A stretch of 64,000 nucleotides of DNA from Marsupella aquatica (Eukaryota; Plantae; Marchantiophyta): NCBI GenBank assembly GCA_973895155.1, contig OZ316899.1:11657775-11721774 (forward strand). Direction: 5' to 3'. Below, in pieces: positions 52,850 through 64,000 of the stretch. The stretch's first letter is position 1, and each line of letters opens with the position of its first letter. The translations under genes and the position numbers were made by a program. The notes below the pieces were generated by a model, which saw nothing but the letters and a program-made list of their open reading frames with translations, was not told the DNA's origin and did not search any database.

Positions 52850-53917
52850 AGGACATTCTCCTGCCATGTACTCTGTGCCCTATGCTCTGCCCCAATAGAT
52901 GCTTGTGATATAGTTTTTCTAAGTACATCATACTCAAGGTGACCAAGTCAATCAACGAGACCTCTTACACAACTCCAGTACACGAAAAATGGCCCGGGCG
53001 CAACAGGTATGACCTTGTTTTTTTCTATGCTGTATGATTGCTTTTATATTTCTTGTGCTAGCCTTGAACTGATTACGCGTCTCCCCGTTACCGCCTGGGC
53101 TTTGGTAGCAGAAACGTGTAGCTTGAATCTGTCCTAAGTTTGACTGGATTCTCCCCATGGATGGGGGCTGAAAGACAACCATGGGGCCTGCAATGTAGCC
53201 CGTGTCACCTACATTTTCAGTTCAGGATTATGGTCTATATCAATCTGTATGACAGACAGATATGATGAACTGCTACCTTCTGGATTGATCTGATCAAGAC
53301 AAGTCTTTATTGTAAAGGAAAGATATTTTTTCTTCAATGTTTGTCTCAATACTAACCTATGCTAATCTCTTTTTGGTGCTGTCATCCACAATGCAGAGTT
53401 ACCTCTATGCTAATACTTGTGACGTACCTTTTTCTCCTGATTTTTTTAACTTTGATTAAATATTTCTCAATGACGCATGAATACACACATCTCATACTGC
53501 TTTGTTATGTTACAACACATATCATGATGTCACTACTTTATCTTTTCATATTACTTACTTGGAATATAACTCCTTTTCGTATGACCCATTTTTTACTGCG
53601 TATCAAACTTCTATTTGTCCTCCCATGACATACCATGTGCATTCGGTAACTTGTGAATTTCTGACATGAATGATCTGGTGGATATCATATCCAATAAAGA
53701 TACTCCCTCTACCAATCTGTGTGACTAAACCATATGCTCTGTGTGGATATGGTCTCGTCTTGACGGTGGCCTTGACTGGGTGTGTATAAGCTACTCTTTA
53801 TGATCTCTCTCTTACTTTCCTCCACTCCTTCAATTGGTTTTGAAGGACCATTGTCAAGATCGATACTAATGCCACACACCCATGGATGTCTGATTACAGA
53901 AACGCTGGTCACGGGAA

Positions 53918-54820
53918 ATGCTATCTTTAGGATACAATAATGACCTCCCACGGCCATGTAACATGGCTATCCAAGCCACCCTGGCCTCCATTCGCCAGCC
54001 AGAAATTCACACTGCCATCCAGACACATGATCGGGATGTGATGAATCGTGGAGACGATGATGCACCAGGTCAGTTACTCCTACACCTCCTGGGGATTAAT
54101 GAATGGTTTACCATATATCAATCTGCCGGATGTATCAGCACGGAGAATGCTCTGACCAAACTTGATAGTCTTATTAGTTCGCTGGATACTTTCGAACACA
54201 TCGACAAAGACGAATTGGAGCAATCGCGCGTTACCAGCAGCAAGCTAGCACGGATGTTAGCCTACGCACCAACGGTTTCTACTACCAATGAATGTCCCCC
54301 TTCAGCACTTATTACCGACATTGCTTCGAGACTTTGGGAGAATCCGTTGTTAAACACTTCATGGTTGTCCACTGAGGAACGTATTGCCTTCGATGAGGCC
54401 ATTGATGGAGCGCAATCATCACAGAAGGACCTCGATGATTCCAAACAAGATGGAGAACCTTTCATTCCCAATAATCCGCCACGCTTTCTAGAATGGGAAG
54501 CTTCGAAAGTTGACTGCTGCATGTGGCGTATTCCTAACATCAACAATCTTGCTCCTATTTCTCTCGGGATGTGGAAATTGTGGGCGTCCCTCTCTACCAA
54601 AGATATTAAGGCATGCAAAGCAAATGCCGTCTGAGGCTTCTCATGGATCGAAACCTCACCACCAATCTCGACTCGCTGGCCCATGACGATCTTTGGTGCT
54701 CCTAAATACAAATGCTCTATGGCGGCTGGGGCTAAGATCCGTGGAAACTTTGTTACCGATACTTCTAGGTCTCCCCAGGAACACAAAACCAGACTGATGA
54801 GATATGGCTGGAGACGAGGC
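53918..54820 (+). pseudogene. Uncharacterised ORF (~300 aa, one in-frame TGA at 54632) between the direct repeats
   Basis: 53918-54634 and 54683 onward share a frame. No recognisable domain. Confidence 0.45.
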
Positions 54821-54823
54821 TGT

Positions 54824-54908
54824 GAGTATGGTATGCACTCCCTATCTGGGGTGAGTGCATACCACACTCACAACAGATGGGGACCGCTACCATGGGTATA
54901 TGGTGGTG

Positions 54909-54975
<67 letters not shown>

Positions 54976-55393
54976 GACAAAAGAAAATCGAATTACCCAC
55001 TTTAAATCAGTATTATAGAAATACCTCAAAACCAATGTACGGACATGTTTATACATATAAAATATAAGTATTTTTTACTTACACTTACATTTATGCACAT
55101 AAATAAATATACTAATTTTCTGACACATGCACCACCACTCGATCTTAACGCTAAGAGATGTTAGTACATCTACCACTCAAATAAAATACCCTAGATCTGA
55201 CGGTCACCATAGGGTTTCGGACCCCACAAAGAAAACCTAAAATATCTCAGGACCTATGCAACCTTCTTTAAAAGCGCACTGTTCACTCTCTACAATTATT
55301 CTCTTGGCACAGCACTCTGGTATCTTGCACTGACGCACTTTCTGACTGCACATCATTTCCAATGTTCTGTTCACACACTGCACTACGTAGGCC
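54824..55393. repeat. Direct repeat copy 2 (hairpins, longer (CT)n, 420-bp block)
   Basis: Copy of 52305-52849. Confidence 0.92.
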
Positions 55394-56034
55394 CTTGGGG
55401 GGGGGTCACTGTATGTAGGGCTCTACATCGTGTGCTATGTTTTAGGGTCTGGACCCCCTAACTTTTAAGTGAATTTTTTTTCCCCACTCCCTTACTTTCT
55501 GAAAAGCGGCCATTTTTTGAATTGTTTACCCCTATAAAACTTTATGGAAAGTTTTATGATGATTTAAAAAATGCCTATTAAGGAAAGTAAAGTACCTCAA
55601 TAGTGTAGAGCCAATTGTGCAAATTGATGCACATTTCCAATACATTCAATGAATTTGCATCATGAAGTTGAATATCTTGTAATGCATTCATTGTCATCCA
55701 ACAACTTGTAGTTTTCGCTCTTGAATAGTGAAGCATGGTGGGTGCCAGATACTATGAATAGGTAACCAAACATCTTAGGTTGCCTATTCAAGGCATCGGT
55801 ACTCTACCTTGTTTCACTATAAACTCCAGCATGATGATGTCCACATCTCTACCTTCCTTCACAGACTCATGCATGATGATGTCCACATGATGGAGGGGAA
55901 TTGAACCCCTGATTGAGCATAAATCTCAATTTGCCAATCCGCCATCCCTTACTCTACTCCCTCCCACTAACCCTACACATGCATCACATACACACACAAC
56001 AAACTACTTTTAATAAACAATAGTCAATTATATA

Positions 56035-59000
56035 TCACAATTTACTCACACTTTGAATGTATGCAGTCAAAGCTTGCAAGTCACTTGCATCTAGTACATA
56101 CACTCTGTCAACTATCCCAGACTTCATTGTCAAGTTCACATTTGAAATTACCATCTCAATATCAATCCATTGTCCATCTGTTGCATCATAAGTGAACAAA
56201 GTTTTGTTGTTACCAGTAGATTTGTACCAATTACACTGCAAGCGGTACACACTTCCACTCTGTCCAACTGCAGGTATAGGCCTGTCCAACAGATCTATTG
56301 CTTTCCGACGTCTGACCCAATGGGAGCCATTCTTCTGTATCATAAACTCAATCCTACCCAACCAATATTCCTTCTTTGCAGATGTTGCGTCAACAACAGG
56401 CCCTTTATCTATTCCCTTCCTCTTCTTTGACTTGGATGATCTGGTAGAAGGACCAACCTCTACAGCAGACTCAAACAAAACTGCTATATCAGTACCAATG
56501 TCAACCAAACAAGTCACAGAGTCACCATTTTCCTTCTCCTTACCAGTAGTGTAATAGGTCTTCGAGGCTATCCTAGTTAGCCTATCCTTTGACATGAAAG
56601 GATTGCAACACAATTGACCCACAAGAGTGGACTTGTAGATAGTCCTTCCCTCATAAGTTATAGTAGACACTACTGACCGGGGTGTCTGCACATCAGTTAA
56701 GTCTGCTTGAACTCCAGCCAAGACATGCCTTACTTCATGTCCTAGTGTCTCCATCTCACAAAATGGGTTAGTGTCCACCTCAATCGAACAATCATCAACT
56801 GTTAGTGGCTCAATACAATCCTGACTATCCAGAGTGTCCCATGAATCAATCTGATTGAGATCTTCTTCAGGATCTTCAAACTCTAGAAACTCTCCAATTG
56901 GGGGCTCAGGTCTAGGGCCTACAGTAGATCGATGCTCAACTCTGTCTTCAGCATCATCACATAACACAGCCTCTTTCATGATACTTGTATCCGGCCAAGT
57001 CTCTGCCTCCACCTCCCAAGGATGAACCCACCATCATCTTTTTGCTGCTGGCAAAGAACTCCTTGGTGACATGTTCAGCTTGCACAACAAATCCTTTGCT
57101 TCCTGCAAACCTTCCTTTAGAGCATCAACAACCAGCTCATTAGTCTGAACTGCAGAGTAATCAAATAAATTTGGAGCTTATTCTCCTTCATCCAGAGGAT
57201 GTAAAGTTGCCCAAACATGATCCTGTTTATCATGTGATCGACGTATCTTCAATCCCTCTGGTCCATACTCTAATCCAGCTAGTCGATTCAGTCCCACTGC
57301 ACTATCCAGTAGAGATCCAAAGTCATAATTTCTCTCATGGCCACTCATGCCACCTACCTTGCTGAAAAATATTTCACAACAATCTGATCCCAACAAGTGA
57401 AATGGAACTTGCAGATATGGGAACTTGTCCCAAAAGGCACAGATTAACAATACTACAAAATGACAAGACATGTTGATATCATGGAAAGTTTGCACAAAAA
57501 TCATGTTTTTCTCTATGATAGATCCAGCATTCCCTGTCACAAAATGATCACCATACCTCAACCATAGCCTCCATAATCGGAAGAACCAAGATACCTTTGA
57601 TGCCAAGACAACACGGGTTCTTAGGTCATGCTTAACAGAGAAGAAAATATCCATGTAGTCTGCACAAACCTCCAAGTATATCATGGTCCCAAAACTTCTA
57701 TCATGACAAACATCTCGTCGCTCATACATATGCTGCAGGCAGGCCTGCACTCTCCTGGAAGCTATTCGTTGTGGGCCAGCCCAGTTTTGTCTATCTGTCC
57801 TATTCACATCATCCCAATGCAAACCATGCTCATGAATTGCATAATGGTTATAAACAGATGTGACATATGACAAAGATGCATGCTGATCACCAAGAACTAA
57901 CATAGCAGACACTCGGTCCAATGGGTTAATTGCCTTCTTGCCATTGTGAGGTGGGTCTTGGTCTCCAAAACCATATAGATCTCCATTTGGAAGTATGGAC
58001 ACTGAGTATTGCCACCCAACCCATCCTACACTGTACCTAGGAAAGGAACCATTCACAGCAGTATAATCTTCCATCATCAATTTCCTACGACGAGCATCAC
58101 CATCACTAGCATGGCCCAACAAAGGACCAACACTGTCTCTGCAATGTGTGTTCCACATGGACTTCAGCTGCACCCAATGCTCTCTTACCCAGGGAGCTCT
58201 AAACTTGTTACATGTTGGTAGAACACACAATGCCAATTTAGGCATCTTTGCATGCAGAGGATTGACAATGATTACTCTAGCATACATGCCTTTGGCATAT
58301 TGCTCAAAAGTACTTACAATCTTGTCATACCCTTCAGTACCTGCTCCAACTAGTACTTCCAAGCCAAAAGAACATGTGTGCTCCTCTAAGGGGCCACAGA
58401 AACCAATGAGGGTGTCATATTTAGCTTCCCATCTGTCACACACAATACAAAACACACATCAGCTCATGACGTGCAAACTCATCCAACACATTCAAAAGAA
58501 CAAGCTAATTTACTACAGAGACAAAAACACAAACCTGGGTCTCTCTTTTATCCTTGTTTCATCCTCAGCAAACATTACTGGTACATCTCCTAAAATTCCA
58601 AGTGACTGCTTTGATGCACATAGTACTCTGCACACCTCCTGGAATATCTCTTTTCGAATGCCAGCTCTAAAGGGTGGTAGTTTTGCTCTATCACGTTTCA
58701 AGGTCTTCAGACCTGGACCACCTAGGTTTGCCTGGAAACAATGAGCCACTTGTCTACCTCCAAACTGGAACATGGCTTGGGAAAAGGCCTTGGTTCTCTT
58801 ACTGTATCGATAACCCTTAGCAACTCTCTGCAAGTTCTTAGCTACATCTGCAGGAAATCCCACAACCCTTCCTTGCCACCAAAAGCACCACGCCTATGTC
58901 CATTCACAATATTTCTCAGAAACAGTCTTAAATCTTTCCTATCATGGGCTACTCCTAATAAATCTTCTAGCTTCTTTTGCCTAACACTCAAGGCACAAAT

Positions 59001-60629
59001 TTTCTGAGCCTGTTGTGCCAACAGCCAACGCTGTTTCCTAAAGCGAGTGTTGAGGTTACCAACATGTTCCCTCAGTTCGGTTTTGGTCAAGTATGCCAAC
59101 CTCATCCCACCCTGTGTAGTCCTGTCTCCTCTCTGCACTAATGCTTCCGCTTCCCTGTGCACCCTGCCACGAAAATCATCTTCACGTTTTATTGAAATCA
59201 CATAGAGTGCAAGTGAGGTTTTGAAAACCACCTCCATTAATGGACACCCTGTGACATTGCTTGTGCCTAAAACAACCCTGTATACCAACAACTGACTGGC
59301 TAGTTACATTGAAAACCTCAGCACAGGTGGTACGGTCACAGTCCCAGACATTCCCTCCCTCTTGATCATCAAGTATGCCCTTCACAGCCATAGAATCCCC
59401 TATCCACTTGACCTCTGACTCCCACAGGCCCCAACAAAGCAAACTTAAACTTGGCTCAACGGAGGAATACAACCCACCTCTGCCTGAACTGCTCCCTGCA
59501 GCAGAGCTGTCCTCTCAAAAGAAATTCAGAATAGAATTTTGAGATGGAAACAGATCACGAGCATCAGGCTTCCTTGGTCTCCCCTTCTTCCCTGCCCTCA
59601 GTGCAGCCTGGGTACTGGTGACAACATTCTCAAGTGCATCCATATGATCCCGACTGACAAGGTGTTGCCTTAAATTGTGTTCCAAATTGGATTTCTTAGG
59701 GCACATGTCAGTATGTAGCTTGCCACAAACTGTACATCTAACCTTAAATAGGAATGACCTCTGTGCAAATGTTGGATCAGTGGAGATGGTGTCATAGATA
59801 ACACTTCTACCACGCCACCTACCTCTGCATTCAACTTTCCAACTATTTCCACACCAGCCCCTATTTGCATACTATGATCAAGCAGTGGTTGCTGTATAGT
59901 GTCAGCAGCCGTCACCAAAGCTCCAGCTAAACCCCTTCGCTTACACCAGTTCTCCTTGTGTTTAGGGTTGGTCAGGTGCTTTGTCTTGAAGTTGCTAAAG
60001 CAATTTGCGATGGACTTGAGCACCTGTGAAGTGGCTGCATTCCCATAAGTCTCCCTACACTCTAAGCATTCTAGATGACCTCAACACTCCCCTCCCTCAT
60101 CCCATGTTCGCACTTTCCACTTGTGCTCACCAAAGCCCTTCTGGTTCACCCAGGATTGTAGCTTCAACCACTCATCATTCCAGGCCTTTGATGCAGCCTC
60201 AGACATGAGGTGAGACTCAAAGGAGCCTGTGACAGGCTGTACAGTAGCCTGTACTGGCACCCCTTGTGTTTGTCCTTGAGACAATGGAGTCGTGCCTACC
60301 ACATTGGACACAGTGGCAGCAGATGAATGAGAGGAACCAATAGTGACCCTCTCAACAGGCAAGGCAACTGAGGGTAACTCTGCAATCACGTAAACTGTCC
60401 CTTGAAGTTCAGTCACCCCAATAGTCTTCTCTGAAAAGCGTCGGACTTGACCAGGCAACCTCTCATCCCAAAAATCAAAGTCAAACTCTACTGCACCAAC
60501 ACATTTCAGACAAAAATCTGCCAGAGTCTGCCCTTCTTTGAAAGACATGACACAGATTGGCGTATCAGGCTTTCCTCCCTCCTCACCCTTTTCTACCAAT
60601 CTGACAGAGCTCATGCCTAGGTGTGCCAT
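56035..60629 (-). pseudogene. Large P-element-superfamily-like DDE transposase (about 1400-1500 aa, frameshifted; intron 58433-58534)
   Basis: Ordered motifs FAEDET, HASDGDARRR, QDPPHNGKKAINP, DRQNW.GPQR, LGSDCCEIFFS.VGG. N-terminal Cys/His fingers. A GT-AG intron joins ..RPR|WEAKYD in frame. Confidence 0.7.
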
Positions 60630-60779
60630 GATGGACAGTTATACAGGCTGTGAAAGTAAGGGATAGGGATTAGGTACATGAACCTGTCATACAACAATGG
60701 ACAGACATGGAAAAAGATCAGGACTCAAGTCAACCATTCACAATGTCATTTGAACACTCAATCTATTGTAGTCAATGAA

Positions 60780-60955
60780 ACTTACTTAAGTCCATTTCAG
60801 TTCATCAAACTTCCACTTCATTCAACCAAATACTTAAGTCCATTTCATTCATTGAAATACTTAAGTCCATAGCATTCAACCAAATACTTAAGTCGATCCA
60901 TAGCATTCAACCAAATACTTAAGCTGATCCATAGCATTCAACCAAATACTTAAGT
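60780..60955. repeat. Short tandem repeat (CATTCAACCAAATACTTAAGT, ~26-31 bp unit, ~6 copies)
   Basis: Directly visible, just upstream of the transposase ATG. Confidence 0.85.
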
Positions 60956-61035
60956 ATAATTTAGGTTGTCTTATGGGTCCACTACAAAAAAGGTTCAAGT
61001 TATAAGATGGTGGAATTAGTAGCAGTCATGCTGGT

Positions 61036-61761
61036 CTAGTCATGGGTACTTGGGATATCATAACCCTCTGGGATGACATGGCGAGTATAGTAAACCATGT
61101 GCCACTGTCCAATGTCCCAGGTGTCTCGGCCCCTCACCCTTCTCCTCAAGTGCCTGTCTGTTGTTGGTCCTTCATCACGACACCATGCATGATGGCATCT
61201 ATGACATTGGACAAAATCCCAAATGCCCTCCCGATACTCCTTACAGACCTCACAGTAATGTCGTGGGCATATAAGAGCATCGGGATGTGCATAAGGATTA
61301 TCTAGATGGCGGGTGAAAGGCATTTCCCCCAATCGCAGAAGTGTCCGAAGACAACTCACATGGTAAAATGAGTAGCAGTCATCATGAGAACACTGGATCA
61401 CAAGGGGCTCGTCTGTGGTGGGTCTCAAGGTTCTGCCAAGGAGTCCACAACCAAAACATCTTCCTCTGTTTTGCTGATAGAGGTCACAAAGCCAAGCTGC
61501 AGCCCAATCATGACCTCTGGAAATGACAATCCGCTGACATGTAGGTCCATGGCCATCTTCCTCATCGGGGTTGTGGCCATCAACTACATAATGAAAATGG
61601 CGACCACAAGGACCATCACAGAACAAAACAGTTCCTCCCTCATCACATTCAAAACAGCAAGGGGGATCCATACGAAGGTGCTCCCTATGCCCAAATCTTG
61701 GATCCAGCAACTGACGAGCAATGTGTGCCATGCTGAACAAGATCTGCAAAATTACCTTCAA
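61036..61761 (-). CDS. Tandem PHD-finger protein or exon (EDM2/NSD-like composite PHD)
   Basis: CFECDEGG.VLFCDGPCGRHFH...C...WLC...CFGCG.LG...IQC...C.SFYH.SC...ICPRHYCEVC...FVQCHRC. Confidence 0.78.
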   Translation of the reverse strand: MKVILQILFSMAHIARQLLDPRFGHREHLRMDPPCCFECDEGGTVLFCDGPCGRHFHYVVDGHNPDEEDGHGPTCQRIVISRGHDWAAAWLCDLYQQNRGRCFGCGLLGRTLRPTTDEPLVIQCSHDDCYSFYHVSCLRTLLRLGEMPFTRHLDNPYAHPDALICPRHYCEVCKEYREGIWDFVQCHRCHHAWCRDEGPTTDRHLRRRVRGRDTWDIGQWHMVYYTRHVIPEGYDIPSTHD

Positions 61762-61900
61762 AAATTAGGGGCAGGCATGTGATGTACCAGAAGGAGCGAT
61801 AGTCCACCAGCAATCATAGCCAGTAGGCACCACCAGGGGCATGACTTCCCTGTGGGCTCCTTTGATCCATCCTGCAATGTGAGCAATGCAAAATCAGAAG

Positions 61901-62430
61901 TCAACAACTTGAGTGTGCATCACCATCATGGACAGAACCTGGACGTGTCCCACCACAGACACAATCATTGATGAAATGACAGGTGTTCCACGCCAGGCAA
62001 CCACCCCATGACATTCTTGCCATGTACTGTGCAAAAGTCTGCACTATGTTAGAGTCACCTCCCCTACAACAATCACATGTCTGGGTGTGACAATGGAGAC
62101 AAGCCTCCAAGAAGACACGGTCCTCATCCAGCACCCCATCTGTCTGTTTAACCGAGACGGATACTGTTTGGGGCTGGTGGGGATGTACTTAGCCTCCGGT
62201 AATGGTTGCGAGGCACAGATGGATAGCCCCAAGTCACAGCACAGTCTGTAGGCACGATCCCAGAATGGATCATCTTCACACGAAAGCGCTCACCCTTCTG
62301 TCGATGGTACTCAGACAATACACTGCGTGTGACAACCATCTTCAGTGCAGTACACAGAGATTGTGCCCACTCCAACAAAATGACAAGGCCACAACAAACA
62401 AGGTATCGGGATTGACCTTAGCAAGGGCCT
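61901..62430 (-). pseudogene. Cys-rich coding fragment, probably part of the same cargo gene cluster
   Basis: CLHCHTQTCDCC and CHFINDCVC. Frames are broken. Confidence 0.35.
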
Positions 62431-62653
62431 GAACACAACCTCCCCAATTCCCGACTTCTACCAATTGATCCCTCCAAGAAAGAAAGGGAGTTGAAGTTAT
62501 ATTTCATGCATACAAGTATCAAACAAACATACAGAGTAGATAGTGTCCAAAAATAGATAGACTCCTATATGCAAACATTTGCATCAGACAAGCAGGTCTT
62601 TATTATGTAAACTGCACCAAACACAGGGATACACTTGGAAAACGTAACCAGTC

Positions 62654-63121
62654 CTATATACACCTGCGTTTTGGTATGATCAAGTTTACACTTTGCCAAA
62701 GGGCATTTGCCTCATCCTGTTTAATCATTTCTAGTTTCCTCTTGGTATTGTGAGCCTCAGATTCTACCTCAGTCAACATTAAGTTGAAAGGGCCTTCTTG
62801 CAGACGTACCCCTACCTTTAAGGATTCACACATCCATTCAAATGAGACAACTTTCATTGCCTGATTTTGAACAAAGTGATTCACATCAGACCAGGACCAT
62901 GTGGACAGGACTGCTTTCCATGAATTGGCAACAATGTGAGTGGTCTTGGTGGATAGAATATCACATTGTCCACCATGACGTTCTATCAGCTTTCTGTGAA
63001 AGACTTGAAAATGAGCTTTGGAAAATCCATTTTGAACTAAGATGGCATTCACGCCTCGGAAAATGGGGTTTGATACTGAACTAGGTGTGGCTTTTTGCGA
63101 AATGGCTTGTCTACGACTCAT
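62654..63121 (-). CDS. BRCT-domain protein or exon (resembles the N-terminal BRCT of plant DNA polymerase lambda)
   Basis: IFRGVNAILVQNG...KLIERHGG...KTTHIVA...VVSFEWMCESLKVG: canonical BRCT GG, THIV and WxxxS motifs. Confidence 0.8.
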   Translation of the reverse strand: MSRRQAISQKATPSSVSNPIFRGVNAILVQNGFSKAHFQVFHRKLIERHGGQCDILSTKTTHIVANSWKAVLSTWSWSDVNHFVQNQAMKVVSFEWMCESLKVGVRLQEGPFNLMLTEVESEAHNTKRKLEMIKQDEANALWQSVNLIIPKRRCI

Positions 63122-64000
63122 GGTACACTAAACCATAAACTATAAGAAACCGTCTGCTGCTCTGCAACAAAATGAAGCTTACTTGAATCCTCCAAACAGA
63201 TGCCTAGAATTTCTGCTCTGTGATAATTCAATACAAAACCCCTGCACAAGTCCCACACACAACAAAAAGCTCAATAAAACATCAATAGTCTCAACATACA
63301 CCAAAAGCTTAGTACAGTGAAAGTGAATGAGGACCGCAAACTCTCTCACTGTGACACTCTTTACAGTCTCACCAGAAATGCTTTGAAAAACAAAAATGTC
63401 AGGTTAAATAAACTGCGCAGGTAAAAAAACCAGGTTCTCTATCACATTGACAAACAAGCTTTCTTTCATAGTCCGAGGGTTTGTCTGTCTACTATCAGTT
63501 TTCTGCTAACATGTTCCAACTCTGATAGTAGACCCCCCCTGAGAGACTGTCAGTTTTTTGCTAACTATGTGCATTCTGCTAAGCCAAGCTGCAAGTAAAC
63601 ATAGTTAGCAGAATTTCATTCACTTTGGAACCCACAAAAAGAGTTGCTATATGAATAGCAATGTTCTTACCTTCACAGCACAGTCAGTGCAGGATTGGAT
63701 TGGATCTGATTTGGATGGCGAGCACCGATCACAACGAAGATCAAGCACCGATCACCAACCAAGCAGCACTCACCAAGAAAGCACCGATGTCTCTTGCTGA
63801 GTTCACCCTAAATGGACAATCTTGCCAATGCGAGTGGGGATCAGATGCGCAACTTTTTAGAAGCTTCTATAACTGAACAAGCTGGATTTCAGGGTGGCTC
63901 TTTTCAAGGCAATGCAAGCACATAGGCTTGTGACTGTGACAACATAGACTCTGTTTGTATGGAAACTTCCAATTACAAACTCACAGGAGTGATAGATTCT

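Noticed and set aside
52219-55067. SLSLSL/ERERER ORFs
   Set aside because: These are translations of the (CT)n microsatellites.
51979-55393. Hammerhead ribozyme in PLE-associated repeats
   Set aside because: CTGATGA at ~54794 lacks a properly placed stem II-GAAA, and no complete core was found by eye.
60780-60955. CRISPR-like array
   Set aside because: No unique spacers of regular length, eukaryotic context, and no cas genes.

Overview
Eukaryotic, transposon-dense plant genomic DNA, by inference a non-seed land plant such as a liverwort. 1-24.1 kb is a four-level nest. A Ty1/copia remnant is interrupted by a minus-strand Ty3/gypsy element (family C). That element is interrupted in RT by a complete 14.1-kb Athila/Tat-like gypsy element (family A, 3059-17187, CAACT TSD) and in integrase by an LTR of another family (B), which is itself interrupted by a further LTR end. 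25.9-37.7 kb is a full-length L1 LINE with a 16-bp TSD, carrying a 4.7-kb family-B solo LTR in its 5' UTR. One apparently intact host gene (3 coding exons, NOT4-type C4C4 RING protein, 8.6-kb intron) lies at 38.5-48.8 kb. It is followed by a truncated Penelope-like RT with tandem hairpin-(CT)n modules, then a minus-strand P-element-like transposase locus flanked by EDM2-like PHD and Pol-lambda-like BRCT ORFs. Main highlight: two LTR families have giant LTRs (4.0 and 4.7 kb), each containing a large ORF (about 885 aa and up to about 1200 aa). The two proteins share a conserved ~190-aa domain and both carry a long coiled-coil region, so even solo LTRs may be self-contained gene cassettes. Second highlight: the P-like transposon with putative chromatin-reader and NHEJ-type cargo. 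All family assignments come from motif recognition by eye, not database searches.
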